Positions 10,930-20,297 of a stretch of 64,000 bases of DNA are shown here, piece after piece. This DNA comes from Candidatus Scatocola faecipullorum (GTDB lineage: Bacteria > Pseudomonadota > Alphaproteobacteria > RF32 > CAG-239): positions 3,764 through 67,763 of the forward strand of contig DVNC01000029.1 of assembly GCA_018714685.1 (NCBI GenBank). The letters run 5' to 3'. The stretch's first letter is position 1. Every line of letters begins with the position of its first letter. Both the position numbers and the translations under genes were made by a program. Below the pieces are notes generated by a model. It saw nothing but the letters and a program-made list of their open reading frames with translations. It was not told the origin of the DNA and did not search any database.

Positions 10930-11850
10930 TCAGCCGTTTCTGGCTCGGAAAATACCGTTTTCATAACCTTGGATTTCACGGTTTTCTTCAGCCAGTTCCA
11001 AACGTTTGAGAGCTAAAGCGACATATTCTTTTTCTCTCTCGATGCCCACATAATGCCGCCCCAGTTTTTTGGCGGTAACCGCGGTTGTTCCCGACCCTAC
11101 AAACGGGTCAAAGACCAAATCGCCCGGGTTGCTGGACGCCAAAATAAGCTTGGCGATAAGCTTTTCCGGTTTCTGGGTCGGATGAGGGGTGTTTTCCGGC
11201 ATCGACCAGAAAGGAATGGAAATGTCGGTCCAAATGTTTGACGGGGCAGTCAGGCGGTAACGCTCGTCATCGTTCTGCACCCAGTCTTTCGGCAGGCCGG
11301 ACTTGTCGCGGTAAGGGGCAATAACCCGCCGCTGAACTTTAACCGCCTCCAGATTGAAAGTGTAATCTTTGCTTTTGGTAAAAAACCAAATGTCTTCCAA
11401 ACAGTTTTTCCAGTTGTTGGAAGCGCCGCGCCCTTTTTCCCGCTCCCAGGAAATGCGGTTTTGCAGCAGAAAATATTTACCGGCAATTTCGGGAATGGCA
11501 ATGGAAGTTTTCCAGTCGGCACAGATATAAATGCTGGCATTGTCTTTCAACAGCCGCACCGTTTTGCTCAGCCATTCGTCGAACCATTGCTGATAGGCGC
11601 TGTTTTCTCTCTCTTTAAATGTTGATTTGCCAAAGTTTTTGGTCAGATTGTACGGCGGATCGACAATCATCAAATCCACCGATTTTTCCGGCAGAAAATC
11701 AATGGCTTTCAACGCATCTTGCCAGATAATCCGGTCTTGAATTTCGCTTAATTCGGCATTTGTTTTGAGCTTAACCGCCTGCGCCGCATAACTGTTGGTC
11801 TGCGTCGTATTTAATTCCAAGGTTTTGTTGCGGGGAGCTTTCGCCTTCAT
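10930..11850 (-). CDS. ccrM: N6-adenine DNA methyltransferase, CcrM-like (beta class, GANTC-type family)
   Basis: DPPYN catalytic motif (MIVDPPYNL) precedes the AdoMet motif DPFVGSGTT, which is the beta-class order. Sequence specificity is inferred from family membership only. Confidence 0.8.
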   Translation of the reverse strand: MKAKAPRNKTLELNTTQTNSYAAQAVKLKTNAELSEIQDRIIWQDALKAIDFLPEKSVDLMIVDPPYNLTKNFGKSTFKERENSAYQQWFDEWLSKTVRLLKDNASIYICADWKTSIAIPEIAGKYFLLQNRISWEREKGRGASNNWKNCLEDIWFFTKSKDYTFNLEAVKVQRRVIAPYRDKSGLPKDWVQNDDERYRLTAPSNIWTDISIPFWSMPENTPHPTQKPEKLIAKLILASSNPGDLVFDPFVGSGTTAVTAKKLGRHYVGIEREKEYVALALKRLELAEENREIQGYENGIFRARNG

Positions 11851-11856
11851 CAGAAC

Positions 11857-12135
11857 TTAATCTTCGCCGAATTTGCTGTTGACCAATAATGTCAGGGCAT
11901 CCATCGCTTCTTTGGCCTGAGGGCCTTTGCAGGTTACCTGGATTGTCGTTCCCTTGGCTGCGGCCAGCATCATCAGCCCCATAATCGAACAGCCGCTGAC
12001 GGTTTGTCCGATACGCTCGACGCTCACTTCGGCATTCAGGTCCTCAATCGCTTTGACAAAAGCTGCTGCTGCCCGGGCATGTAGTCCCTTGCGGTTTTGA
12101 ATTTCCAATGTTGCGGAATAGGATTCGTCACTCAT
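11857..12135 (-). CDS. ptsH: HPr-family phosphocarrier protein (NPr-like)
   Basis: 92 aa with the active-site His context KGLHARAA and the Ser46 context GCSIMGLM. Confidence 0.85.
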   Translation of the reverse strand: MSDESYSATLEIQNRKGLHARAAAAFVKAIEDLNAEVSVERIGQTVSGCSIMGLMMLAAAKGTTIQVTCKGPQAKEAMDALTLLVNSKFGED

Positions 12136-12143
12136 TTTTAACC

Positions 12144-12542
12144 TCAGGCCCCCAATAATTGCGAAGCAATGTTGATGTATTTCTTTCCGGCCTCCTGAGC
12201 GCCTTCGACGGCTTCTTTCAGGCTTTTGTCTTTGCGCAGTGAAGCCAGTTTGATTAACATCGGCAGATTAATTCCGGCAATAATCTCCACCGGGGCTCTG
12301 TCCATAATGGAAATTGCCAAATTGGAAGGCGTTCCTCCGAACATGTCGGTTAAAACGATTGTACCGTTGCCGCTGTTGACTTCGCCGGCTTTTTTCAAAA
12401 TTTCTTCCCGGCGCATTTCCATATCATCTTCCGGGCCGATGCAGACGGCTTCAACCTGTTCCTGCTTGCCGACCACATGCTGCATGGCCGAAATAAATTC
12501 CAGCGCCAGATTTCCGTGTGTCACTAAAACTAAACCGATCAT
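12144..12542 (-). CDS. PTS EIIA component, mannose/fructose family
   Basis: N-terminus MIGLVLVTHGNLA carries the phospho-His, and the protein has the length typical of an EIIA-Man fold. Confidence 0.8.
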   Translation of the reverse strand: MIGLVLVTHGNLALEFISAMQHVVGKQEQVEAVCIGPEDDMEMRREEILKKAGEVNSGNGTIVLTDMFGGTPSNLAISIMDRAPVEIIAGINLPMLIKLASLRKDKSLKEAVEGAQEAGKKYINIASQLLGA

Positions 12543-12551
12543 CTTTTTTCC

Positions 12552-12974
12552 TTAGTTGTTTTTGTCCCCGCAGGACCAGATTTTTACCGCGCCGAAAGAG
12601 TTAATCACGTCTTCGCGGCTCTTGGCTCTGACCAATTCGTCAGCCCGGGTCTGCTTGCCTTTGAAAACGATTTCTTCTACATTTTCGACCGGCACGCCGT
12701 AAGTCCGTTCAACCATTTTGCCCTGCAGCTCGACAATCATGACAAACTCGGCTTCGGCCAACGGGCCTTTGGTTTCATCGTCAATATTGTCCAGCTTGAC
12801 GGCCAGCCGTCCGTCCCGCTTCAGCAGAGCGGTCTTTTTACCGTCAAATTCCAGCACCGGATTAACCGGAGCGCCTTCGCGCGCGTCAATAAAAATTGCC
12901 AGTTCGCCGAACTTGTTTTCGATGATCTCATAAAAGTCCTGCTTCTCAATCAAAGTATAATATTGATTTTCCAT
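12552..12974 (-). CDS. Hypothetical 140-aa protein in the position usually held by hprK
   Basis: Lies 9 nt upstream of the EIIA gene. There is weak resemblance of DGKKTALLKRDGRLAVKLD to the HprK P-loop region GKSE.AL.LI.RGH.LVADD, but no intact Walker A. Confidence 0.5.
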   Translation of the reverse strand: MENQYYTLIEKQDFYEIIENKFGELAIFIDAREGAPVNPVLEFDGKKTALLKRDGRLAVKLDNIDDETKGPLAEAEFVMIVELQGKMVERTYGVPVENVEEIVFKGKQTRADELVRAKSREDVINSFGAVKIWSCGDKNN

Positions 12975-13178
12975 TTTCTTTAAGTCCTGTCAAGAAATGC
13001 CGGGCGCCAAAGCCCCTCCGGCGGTTAAAGCCCATATTGCAAACATATTATTACAATAACCCGAAACTGTCAATTTTGAGTTAATGAAGCAAAAAATTCT
13101 TAACTGCTTTAAAGATTAAGACAGCTGTTCTGAATGGCGGGTGTAAAAAAAATAAAATATAAAGCTTGCCGCTCTTTA

Positions 13179-14399
13179 TTATCTCTCGCTGACGGTATTG
13201 TTTTTAACTTCCCAGAATTGCGCTTCGCCGGACAGCGAACGAAACAGCTCCGGGTCGGTCGACGTAATCCAGGCCTGAACTTTTAAATCGCGGATTTTTG
13301 TCAGTAAGGCTTCGCGCTTGATGTCATCCAAATGCGCAACCACTTCGTCCAGCAGCAATATCGGCGCAAAACCTTTATCCAGCGTCTGGCATTTTGTCTG
13401 CGCGAGAATAATGCTGATAAGCAGAGATTTTTGTTCACCGGTTGAACAGAGTTCGGCCGGCATTCTTTTTTTCTTGTAATAGACTTTGAAGTCTGTACGG
13501 TTGACTCCGTCAACATTGTCATTATACAGCACATTGCGCCGCTGGCTTTTTAATTTGGCGGCATAAGCCTCTTCCACGTCCAGCGCCGGCATATTATCAA
13601 GCATTTTTTCAACCGTGCCGTCCAGCTCCAGCTTAACATTAGGGAAGACGTCATCCGGCTCATGGTCAATAAAAGTGTTCAGTTTGGCAATTTGTTCACG
13701 TCGCGCCGCGGCAATGGCTACGCCCAAACCGGCCATTTCCTCTTCCAGTGACGTCAGCCAAAAATTATCGGTTTGTCCGCTTTTCAGCAGTTGATACCAT
13801 TGTTTGTAAAGATGTTCAAAATTTGATGTCCGTTTGGCGTGTTCCACGTCAAACGCATAAACCAATCGGTCCAGAAAACTGCGCCGCGGCTGCGAACCGC
13901 CGCGAAACAGCCGGTCCATTTGCGGCGTCAGCCAGATAGCCGAGATATAACGGCCCAAATCACCTTGCGAATTTGTTTTAATTCCGTCTATTTTAACGAT
14001 TCGCCGGTCAAAGCTGCGGCTTTCTTCTTCATCGTCGCGAACCGATTTTTCCACTGCCGTTCCGATATCAATTTCGTCATCATTATTGCAGACGGTTGCC
14101 GAAACCGCCCAGCTGGTATTGCTTATTTCGGTCGGGGCATATTCGCAATCCACCAGACACGGCGTAATGCGCCGGATGTCTGACAATCTGGCGCTGCGCA
14201 GCCCGCGTCCCGGCGTCAGAAAAGAAATTGCTTCCAGAATATTGGTTTTGCCGGAACCGTTTTCGCCGGTAATCACAATCGGTGCCAGTTCGGCATTTAA
14301 CCGCAAATGCGCATAGTTCCTGAAATCAGTTAAAGTCAGGCGGGTTACGCCTGACTTTATACCGTTGTTTATGCTTAATATTTCAGCTGTGTTGTCCAC
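13179..14399 (-). CDS. recF: DNA replication and repair protein RecF
   Basis: Walker A GENGSGKTNILEAI, SMC-like signature STGEQK and Walker B LLLDEV. GTG start. Confidence 0.92.
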   Translation of the reverse strand: MDNTAEILSINNGIKSGVTRLTLTDFRNYAHLRLNAELAPIVITGENGSGKTNILEAISFLTPGRGLRSARLSDIRRITPCLVDCEYAPTEISNTSWAVSATVCNNDDEIDIGTAVEKSVRDDEEESRSFDRRIVKIDGIKTNSQGDLGRYISAIWLTPQMDRLFRGGSQPRRSFLDRLVYAFDVEHAKRTSNFEHLYKQWYQLLKSGQTDNFWLTSLEEEMAGLGVAIAAARREQIAKLNTFIDHEPDDVFPNVKLELDGTVEKMLDNMPALDVEEAYAAKLKSQRRNVLYNDNVDGVNRTDFKVYYKKKRMPAELCSTGEQKSLLISIILAQTKCQTLDKGFAPILLLDEVVAHLDDIKREALLTKIRDLKVQAWITSTDPELFRSLSGEAQFWEVKNNTVSER

Positions 14400-14400
14400 G

Positions 14401-15519
14401 CTATACTCTCATCGGCATCAGAACGTAAATCGCGCTGGAGTCCGACGTATCATGAATCACCGAAGGTGAAGAACCGTCGGCAAAGCTGATACGGACACTG
14501 TCGCCTTTGACTTCGGCAAGAATATCCAGCAGATAACGGAAGTTATAGCCGATTTCCAGCGCTTCGCTGTCATACTTGGCTTCGACTTCTTCTTGTGCGC
14601 TGCCCAAATCCGGGCTGGAAGTGGTGATTGTTACATGGTTCTTTGCCGTCAGCATTTTGATTGCCCGGGTTCTCTCGGCAACGACGGAAACACGGTCAAC
14701 CGCGGAAGCCAGGTCTTTAACGCCCAATTCCAAAACCTTGTCGTTATCCGTCGGAATAACCCGCTCATAATCAGGATAAGTTCCGTCAATCAGTTTGGAT
14801 GTTAAAGTAATGTCTTCCATTGTGAAACGGATTTTGTTTTCAGACATGGCAATTGTAATCTCGCCTGCGCCGGTATCATCCAGCAGCTTGCGAATTTCAC
14901 CGACGGTCTTGCGCGGAATAATCACGCCGACCATATTCTCGGCACCTTTCGGAAGCGGAGATTCAACGCAGGCCAAACGGTGGCCGTCGGTTGCAACCAC
15001 GCGCAGAACTTTGGCTTCGCCTTCGTTCTTGGCATGCATATAAACGCCGTTCAGATAGTAACGGGTTTCTTCTGTTGAAACGGCAAACTTCGTCCGGTCA
15101 ATAACGTCTTTCAATTCTTCTTTTGCCATAACGAAATTAGTCGGCAGTTTATCGCCGGAAATGACCGGAAAATCTTCAACGCCGATGCAGGAAAGGGAGA
15201 ATTTTGACTTGCCGGAAGCAATTGTCAGCTGACCTTTGTCATCGGGAAACGTCAGCTCAACGTCGGAACCGTCGGACAATTTGCGGACGATGTCATACAG
15301 CATATGAGCCGGCGCCGTCGTCGCACCGGTTTCAATCGTCTTGGCATCGACGATTTCGGTTATTTCGGTATCCATATCCGTCGCTTTAAAACTGATGCCG
15401 TCTTCCATTGCTTCGATTCGCACATTGGACAGAACCGGAATGGTATTGCGTTTTTCCACGATGCTCTGGACGTGGCTTAAAGATTTCAGCAGATTTGCGC
15501 GTTCAATTGTAAATTTCAT
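14401..15519 (-). CDS. dnaN: DNA polymerase III beta sliding clamp
   Basis: MKFTIERANLLKSL... is a typical DnaN N-terminus. I moved the start from 15591 to the ATG at 15519, giving 372 aa. Confidence 0.93.
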   Translation of the reverse strand: MKFTIERANLLKSLSHVQSIVEKRNTIPVLSNVRIEAMEDGISFKATDMDTEITEIVDAKTIETGATTAPAHMLYDIVRKLSDGSDVELTFPDDKGQLTIASGKSKFSLSCIGVEDFPVISGDKLPTNFVMAKEELKDVIDRTKFAVSTEETRYYLNGVYMHAKNEGEAKVLRVVATDGHRLACVESPLPKGAENMVGVIIPRKTVGEIRKLLDDTGAGEITIAMSENKIRFTMEDITLTSKLIDGTYPDYERVIPTDNDKVLELGVKDLASAVDRVSVVAERTRAIKMLTAKNHVTITTSSPDLGSAQEEVEAKYDSEALEIGYNFRYLLDILAEVKGDSVRISFADGSSPSVIHDTSDSSAIYVLMPMRV

Positions 15520-15684
15520 TTTCTTCACCAAAATTTTAGTTTTAATTACCGCAATTTTAGCACATTGCTTTAAAAGCATAAATAATTTCACCGCTTATCA
15601 ACAGCTTTTTACGGCCGATTCGCCAAGCCTTTTGGAATCGGAACTTTGAGCTGGGAAAGGTGTGGATGTTTCGCTTTCAAACGA

Positions 15685-15715
15685 CAAAACCCTGCCGGTC
15701 AGGCAGGGTTTTTTT
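15685..15715 (-). terminator. Hairpin terminator between dnaA and dnaN (bidirectional shape)
   Basis: CCCTGCC-GGTCA-GGCAGGG is flanked by an A-run and a T-run. Confidence 0.5.
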
Positions 15716-15729
15716 GTTGTTGTCGAAAA

Positions 15730-17181
15730 TCAGCTTTCCAGCGTGCGTCTCAATGCGTCAACGTTTTCGGCCAGAGAAGCATCTTCCAAAATCAGTTCTT
15801 CAACCTTGCGAACAGCATGCATAACCGTCGTGTGGTCACGGTCAAATTTGCGTCCGATTTCCGGCAGCGAACGTGAAGTCAGCTGTTTGGCCAGATACAT
15901 CGCAATCTGGCGGGGGCGGGCAACGGTGCGGGCCCGGCGGGAAGACTGCATTTCCTTAACCGAAATATTGAAATGTTCGGCAACTTTTTTCTGAATTTCA
16001 TCAATGGTCGTACGCTTGTCATACGAACGCAGCATGTCTTTCAGAACGTCCTGAGTCATGTCCAGTGTGATTTCCTTGTCGGACAGCAGCTGCGAATGGG
16101 CAATAACGCGACGCAGAGCGCCTTCCAGTTCGCGGATGTTGGAAGTAATTTTCTGTGCCAGAAATTCAGCCACTTTCTGCGGCAGCTCAATACCCAGCTG
16201 ACGCGCTTTGTTTTCCAAAATGCCGATTCTCAGGTCAAAGTCGGTCGGATGAATATCCGCAACCAAACCGCAGCCCAAACGGGATTTCAAACGGGTCTCA
16301 ATGCCTTCCAGATCTGCCGGAGATTTGTCCGCGGAGATGATAATCTGGCGTCCTTCTTCAATCAGGGAATTGAATGTGTAGAAAAACTCTTCCTGCGTGG
16401 TGTCTTTGCCGCCCATGAACTGAACGTCGTCAACCATCAGAACGTCAACCGAACGGAACTGTTCCTTGAAAGCTGTCGTGTCTTTGTAACGCAGAGCGCG
16501 AACAAACTTATACATAAACTTTTCGGCAGAAAGATAAACAATGTTGCGGGTCGGATCCTGCTGCTTAATGTGCCAGGCAATTGCATGCATCAGGTGCGTC
16601 TTGCCCAAACCGACGCCGGAATATAAAAAGAGGGGGTTAAAAGAAACGTTGCGGGATTCGGCAACCTTGCGGGCGGCGGCATAGGCAAACTCGTTGGTCT
16701 TGCCGACGACAAAATTATCAAAAGTATATTGCGGATTCAGGGGAACCGACAGCGACTGCTGGGAGTCGTTTCCGGCCTGAAAATCATTGCTGTTGGCCAG
16801 AACGGAGTTAATGCCGCTTTGATAGATATTGGACGGTGACGGGCTGGAGGAAATTTTCTTCAGCAAAGAACGGCAGGAGGGGTTATACAGTCCTTTGGCT
16901 TCGTCCTGAACCGCCTGAACCACGAAATTAACGCTTTTGATTTCGGGATTCTTCTTCTCCCAGATTTTGTGGATTCGGTCGGAATAGTGGGTAATAACCC
17001 AGTTGCGCATAAAACGGGTCGGCACGCAGATATTCATGACACCGTCATTAAAGGAACCCGGAGTCAGCGGTTTAAGCCAGCTGTCAAAGGCGGTGTCCCC
17101 TACTTCAGTTTTCAATTGGCTGCAAATCTGTCCCCATTGATCTTGAACAGAATTGTTGATTGTTGTTGCTTCTTCAGCCAT
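15730..17181 (-). CDS. dnaA: Chromosomal replication initiator DnaA
   Basis: AAA+ core (GVGLGKTHLMHA, VDVLMVDDVQF) and C-terminal DNA-binding domain (DHTTVMHAVRKV). Confidence 0.97.
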   Translation of the reverse strand: MAEEATTINNSVQDQWGQICSQLKTEVGDTAFDSWLKPLTPGSFNDGVMNICVPTRFMRNWVITHYSDRIHKIWEKKNPEIKSVNFVVQAVQDEAKGLYNPSCRSLLKKISSSPSPSNIYQSGINSVLANSNDFQAGNDSQQSLSVPLNPQYTFDNFVVGKTNEFAYAAARKVAESRNVSFNPLFLYSGVGLGKTHLMHAIAWHIKQQDPTRNIVYLSAEKFMYKFVRALRYKDTTAFKEQFRSVDVLMVDDVQFMGGKDTTQEEFFYTFNSLIEEGRQIIISADKSPADLEGIETRLKSRLGCGLVADIHPTDFDLRIGILENKARQLGIELPQKVAEFLAQKITSNIRELEGALRRVIAHSQLLSDKEITLDMTQDVLKDMLRSYDKRTTIDEIQKKVAEHFNISVKEMQSSRRARTVARPRQIAMYLAKQLTSRSLPEIGRKFDRDHTTVMHAVRKVEELILEDASLAENVDALRRTLES

Positions 17182-17854
17182 TTTATCTCCCCATCTAAAA
17201 ATTATGTTTCAAACTAATAAATCTCGCTCTTTCCCGGTTTAACTTTCCCCAAAGTTTTTACTGCCCGGGTTCGAACAAAATTAAATTTTAATTTTCTGTC
17301 AGCTTTCGCGGAGCATTTGCCTGACAAGTTTTTTGTTTCGGCTTCTGCCTGTTGAAATCTGCCTTCCTGCCTTTATCAAACTTCGCCCGTCTGCTTTTCG
17401 GGGTGCTTTGGTTTTTGCCCTTAAATATCTCTGACGATACTTTCGGCAAATTTCGCCGCGGCATCCGCATTCCGAAAAACTGTCCCGCTCTTGCCTCCGG
17501 GGTTCCTCTTTGTCATTAAGGCGCCTTTTCCGCAAGTCCCGGTTCGGTTTTTCTGCCGGTGGGTTTTCTCTCCGTCATGCCAATTTTCCGAAGAGGAAGT
17601 TTAATAATATTCGGAAGATTCGAAAATCAAAATTTGCGAGGTACTTCTCTAAAGTGATTTGGATACTATCGCCCCGAAAAAATAATTACAACAGAACATT
17701 TCAAGAACATTGCAATTAAATTTCTTGACAGCGCTTTTTTGCAGAGTCGCCCAGATTCTGTCATTTTGCGCATAAAAAAACACAAACCAAAATCTCCTTT
17801 AAGCTTGAAAGGATAAGTCGGTTTGTGTTTAAAAATGTCACTGAAAAGTGAAAA

Positions 17855-18115
17855 TTACAAAGCTTTAATTTTTTTGGAAAGACGGGAAACCGTACGAGAA
17901 GCATTGTGTTTTTCAACGACACCCTTCTGGGCGGCTCTCATCAATTCGGATTCAGCAACAGCAAAAGCGGCCTGGGCAGCTTCTTTATTGTTTTCCATAA
18001 CCGCAGCGATGACTTTCTTTACAAAAGTGCGGACGCGGCTTCTGCGTGCACCGTTGATAACGGCTCTTTTGTTGTTTCTTTTAATTCTGGTCTTTGCCGA
18101 TTTATGATTGGCCAT
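17855..18115 (-). CDS. rpsT: 30S ribosomal protein S20
   Basis: MANHKSAKTRIKRNNKR...; 86 aa and basic. Confidence 0.93.
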   Translation of the reverse strand: MANHKSAKTRIKRNNKRAVINGARRSRVRTFVKKVIAAVMENNKEAAQAAFAVAESELMRAAQKGVVEKHNASRTVSRLSKKIKAL

Positions 18116-18242
18116 TTCTTTTAATCCTGTATTTAAATAGTTAAACGATATTTAATTCTGATATGCTTTATAAACTCTATGCAGGGCTTAAGTCAATACT
18201 TAATTTGCACAAACTTACCCGTTTTTAAGCTTTTTTAAGCCG

Positions 18243-19004
18243 TTAGGAATGCTTCCTGATGAAATCGGCCAGCGATTCCCGAAAATCTTCGCTGTTCAGG
18301 CACATCCGGCTGCTCTGATTCTCAAGGGCGATTCCTGTCGCCAGCGGCGTGTTGGCGGCTGCCTGTTTAATGGCCTGTTTGGCGGTGCTGACCGCCAAAT
18401 CCGATTGTTCGGCGATTTTGGCGGCGACTTTGTAGCATTCGTCGTATAAATCCGTCAGAGGAATAATCCGGCTGACGAGTCCCGTCCGTTCGGCCTCTTC
18501 CGCGTTGATTGCCCGTCCGCTGAGAATCACTTCCATTGCTTTGGCCTTTCCTATTGCTTTGGTCAGCAGCTGAGTGGCACCGAAACAGGGAATGGAGGCC
18601 AGGCTCAGTTCCGGCTGGCCGAATTTGGCGTTGTCCGCGGCCAGAATGATGTCGCAGTTCAGCGCGATTTCGCACCCGATTCCCAATGCAAAACCGGCGA
18701 CGGCGGCAATCAGCGGTTTGCGCGTGGCGGCAAAAGTTTCCATATATTTGTGCATTTTCAGCAGTTCGGTATCCCTGCTGTTGACTTTTTCGATCAGGTC
18801 TCTGACGTCAATTCCGGCGGCGAAGGCTTTGTCGCTGCCGCGGATGATAATCGCCCTGACCCACGGGTCTTCGTCAAAAGCTTTGGTTTGGCTGGTCAGT
18901 TCCCGCAGCATTTCTTCGCTGACGGCATTAAGCGCTTTCGGACGGTTCAGGGTAATAATGCCGACTTTTCCTTTAATCTCGCTGACAACGGTATTTAATT
19001 CCAT
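18243..19004 (-). CDS. Enoyl-CoA hydratase/isomerase family protein
   Basis: Crotonase-fold motifs GSDKAFAAGIDV and GFALGIGCEIALNCD. Confidence 0.85.
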   Translation of the reverse strand: MELNTVVSEIKGKVGIITLNRPKALNAVSEEMLRELTSQTKAFDEDPWVRAIIIRGSDKAFAAGIDVRDLIEKVNSRDTELLKMHKYMETFAATRKPLIAAVAGFALGIGCEIALNCDIILAADNAKFGQPELSLASIPCFGATQLLTKAIGKAKAMEVILSGRAINAEEAERTGLVSRIIPLTDLYDECYKVAAKIAEQSDLAVSTAKQAIKQAAANTPLATGIALENQSSRMCLNSEDFRESLADFIRKHS

Positions 19005-19012
19005 AACAACCT

Positions 19013-19390
19013 CTACATCTTGCTTTTAACGGTAATTCTGACTTCCAGCGGGCGTGCTATTTCCTGAACGATTTCAAGCATTTCCGCCTCGCGGTAAAAA
19101 ATAAGCGTATTGTCGCGCCGGCCCTGATAAGTCCAGCCCAGCTGCGGCAAAGTGTTGACATAAAACTTTTCCACGGCCTTAAAGCCGACCCTTGTGCTGG
19201 TCAGATAAGCTTCGACAAAGCGCGATTCTTCATTGCCGAAACTGATGGTGTCTTTCTGAATCTGAGTCATGCCGTCCATCAGAGGAACGTCTTCAAATCC
19301 CTCAATAAATGTAGTGGCCCGTGCCGTTGCGGCAATGCCGGAAAAGAGAACCCCTAAAATGATTGCATATTTATAAATGTTTTTTGTCAT
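19013..19390 (-). CDS. Secreted hypothetical protein (125 aa)
   Basis: Has an N-terminal signal peptide (...FSGIAATARA). Tightly packed between mutM and the hydratase gene. Confidence 0.6.
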   Translation of the reverse strand: MTKNIYKYAIILGVLFSGIAATARATTFIEGFEDVPLMDGMTQIQKDTISFGNEESRFVEAYLTSTRVGFKAVEKFYVNTLPQLGWTYQGRRDNTLIFYREAEMLEIVQEIARPLEVRITVKSKM

Positions 19391-19396
19391 GGCTTT

Positions 19397-20236
19397 TCAC
19401 TTTTGTTTGGTGGGACAGTAAAAGGTTGAACGTCCGCCCTGAACGATTTTCCTGATTCCCCCGGTGCGGGCCGGAGAGCAGGTGCAGCCCGGGCAGGGCT
19501 GTCCGGTTTTGTTGTAAACGCAGTGCTGGTTCTGAAAATAACCGAGACTGCCGTCCGGCTTGCGGTAATCGCGCAGTGTCGAACCGCCGGCCTTGATTGC
19601 TTTTTCCAAAACTTCGCGTACCGCTTTCAGCAGTTTGCCGCATTCCGTCCGGCTGAGGCTGCCGGCCTCTCGTGTCGGCAGAATGGAGGCGCCGAACAAA
19701 GCTTCGGAGGCATATATATTGCCGATTCCGCAGATAATCTCCTGATCCAGCAGGGCAATTTTGATGGCCGTTTTTTTGTTTTTCAGCTTCTCGTACAGAT
19801 ATTCTGCCGTCAGCCGTTGGTCAAAAGGGTCGATTCCCGTGTGTTTGAAAGCGGGAAATTCGGCCAGCTTGTCAGAAATGCAGTAAGTCATCATGCCGAA
19901 CCGTCGGGCATCGTTATAAATAAGAACGCCGCCGCTCGTTTCAATCACCACATGGTCATGCTTGTCGAGTTTGTCGGGCAGACTGTCGCTGATTTTGACT
20001 CTACCGCTCATACCCAAATGCCAGACGATGCTCAAGCCGTTATCCAGCGAAATGACAATATATTTGGCGATTCGCCGGTAACCTGTAATGCGGGCGCCGG
20101 TAATTTTCGCCGCAAAATCTTCCGGAATAATTTCGCGAAAGCGATTGTTGTTTACGCTGACTCTGGTTATATTGGAGTCACCGATTCCTTTTTGGATGGC
20201 GGACTTAATCGTTTCGACTTCAGGTAATTCAGGCAT
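19397..20236 (-). CDS. mutM: Formamidopyrimidine-DNA glycosylase
   Basis: The start was moved to give the obligatory MPELPEVE N-terminus. H2TH region is present. The C-terminal zinc finger reads CPGC...YCPTK, with the last Cys replaced by Lys. Confidence 0.9.
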   Translation of the reverse strand: MPELPEVETIKSAIQKGIGDSNITRVSVNNNRFREIIPEDFAAKITGARITGYRRIAKYIVISLDNGLSIVWHLGMSGRVKISDSLPDKLDKHDHVVIETSGGVLIYNDARRFGMMTYCISDKLAEFPAFKHTGIDPFDQRLTAEYLYEKLKNKKTAIKIALLDQEIICGIGNIYASEALFGASILPTREAGSLSRTECGKLLKAVREVLEKAIKAGGSTLRDYRKPDGSLGYFQNQHCVYNKTGQPCPGCTCSPARTGGIRKIVQGGRSTFYCPTKQK

Positions 20237-20297
20237 TGCGTCCTCAAACAGATATTGCCGCCGCACGGTTGCGGCCGCTTTTGCGAAAGTATTATAA

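Noticed and set aside
17288-17535. Two overlapping, very basic minus-strand ORFs (60 and 78 aa) upstream of dnaA.
   Set aside because: They overlap each other in different frames, have no RBS and have low-complexity Arg/Lys composition. They most likely reflect sequence bias in the dnaA leader or intergenic region.
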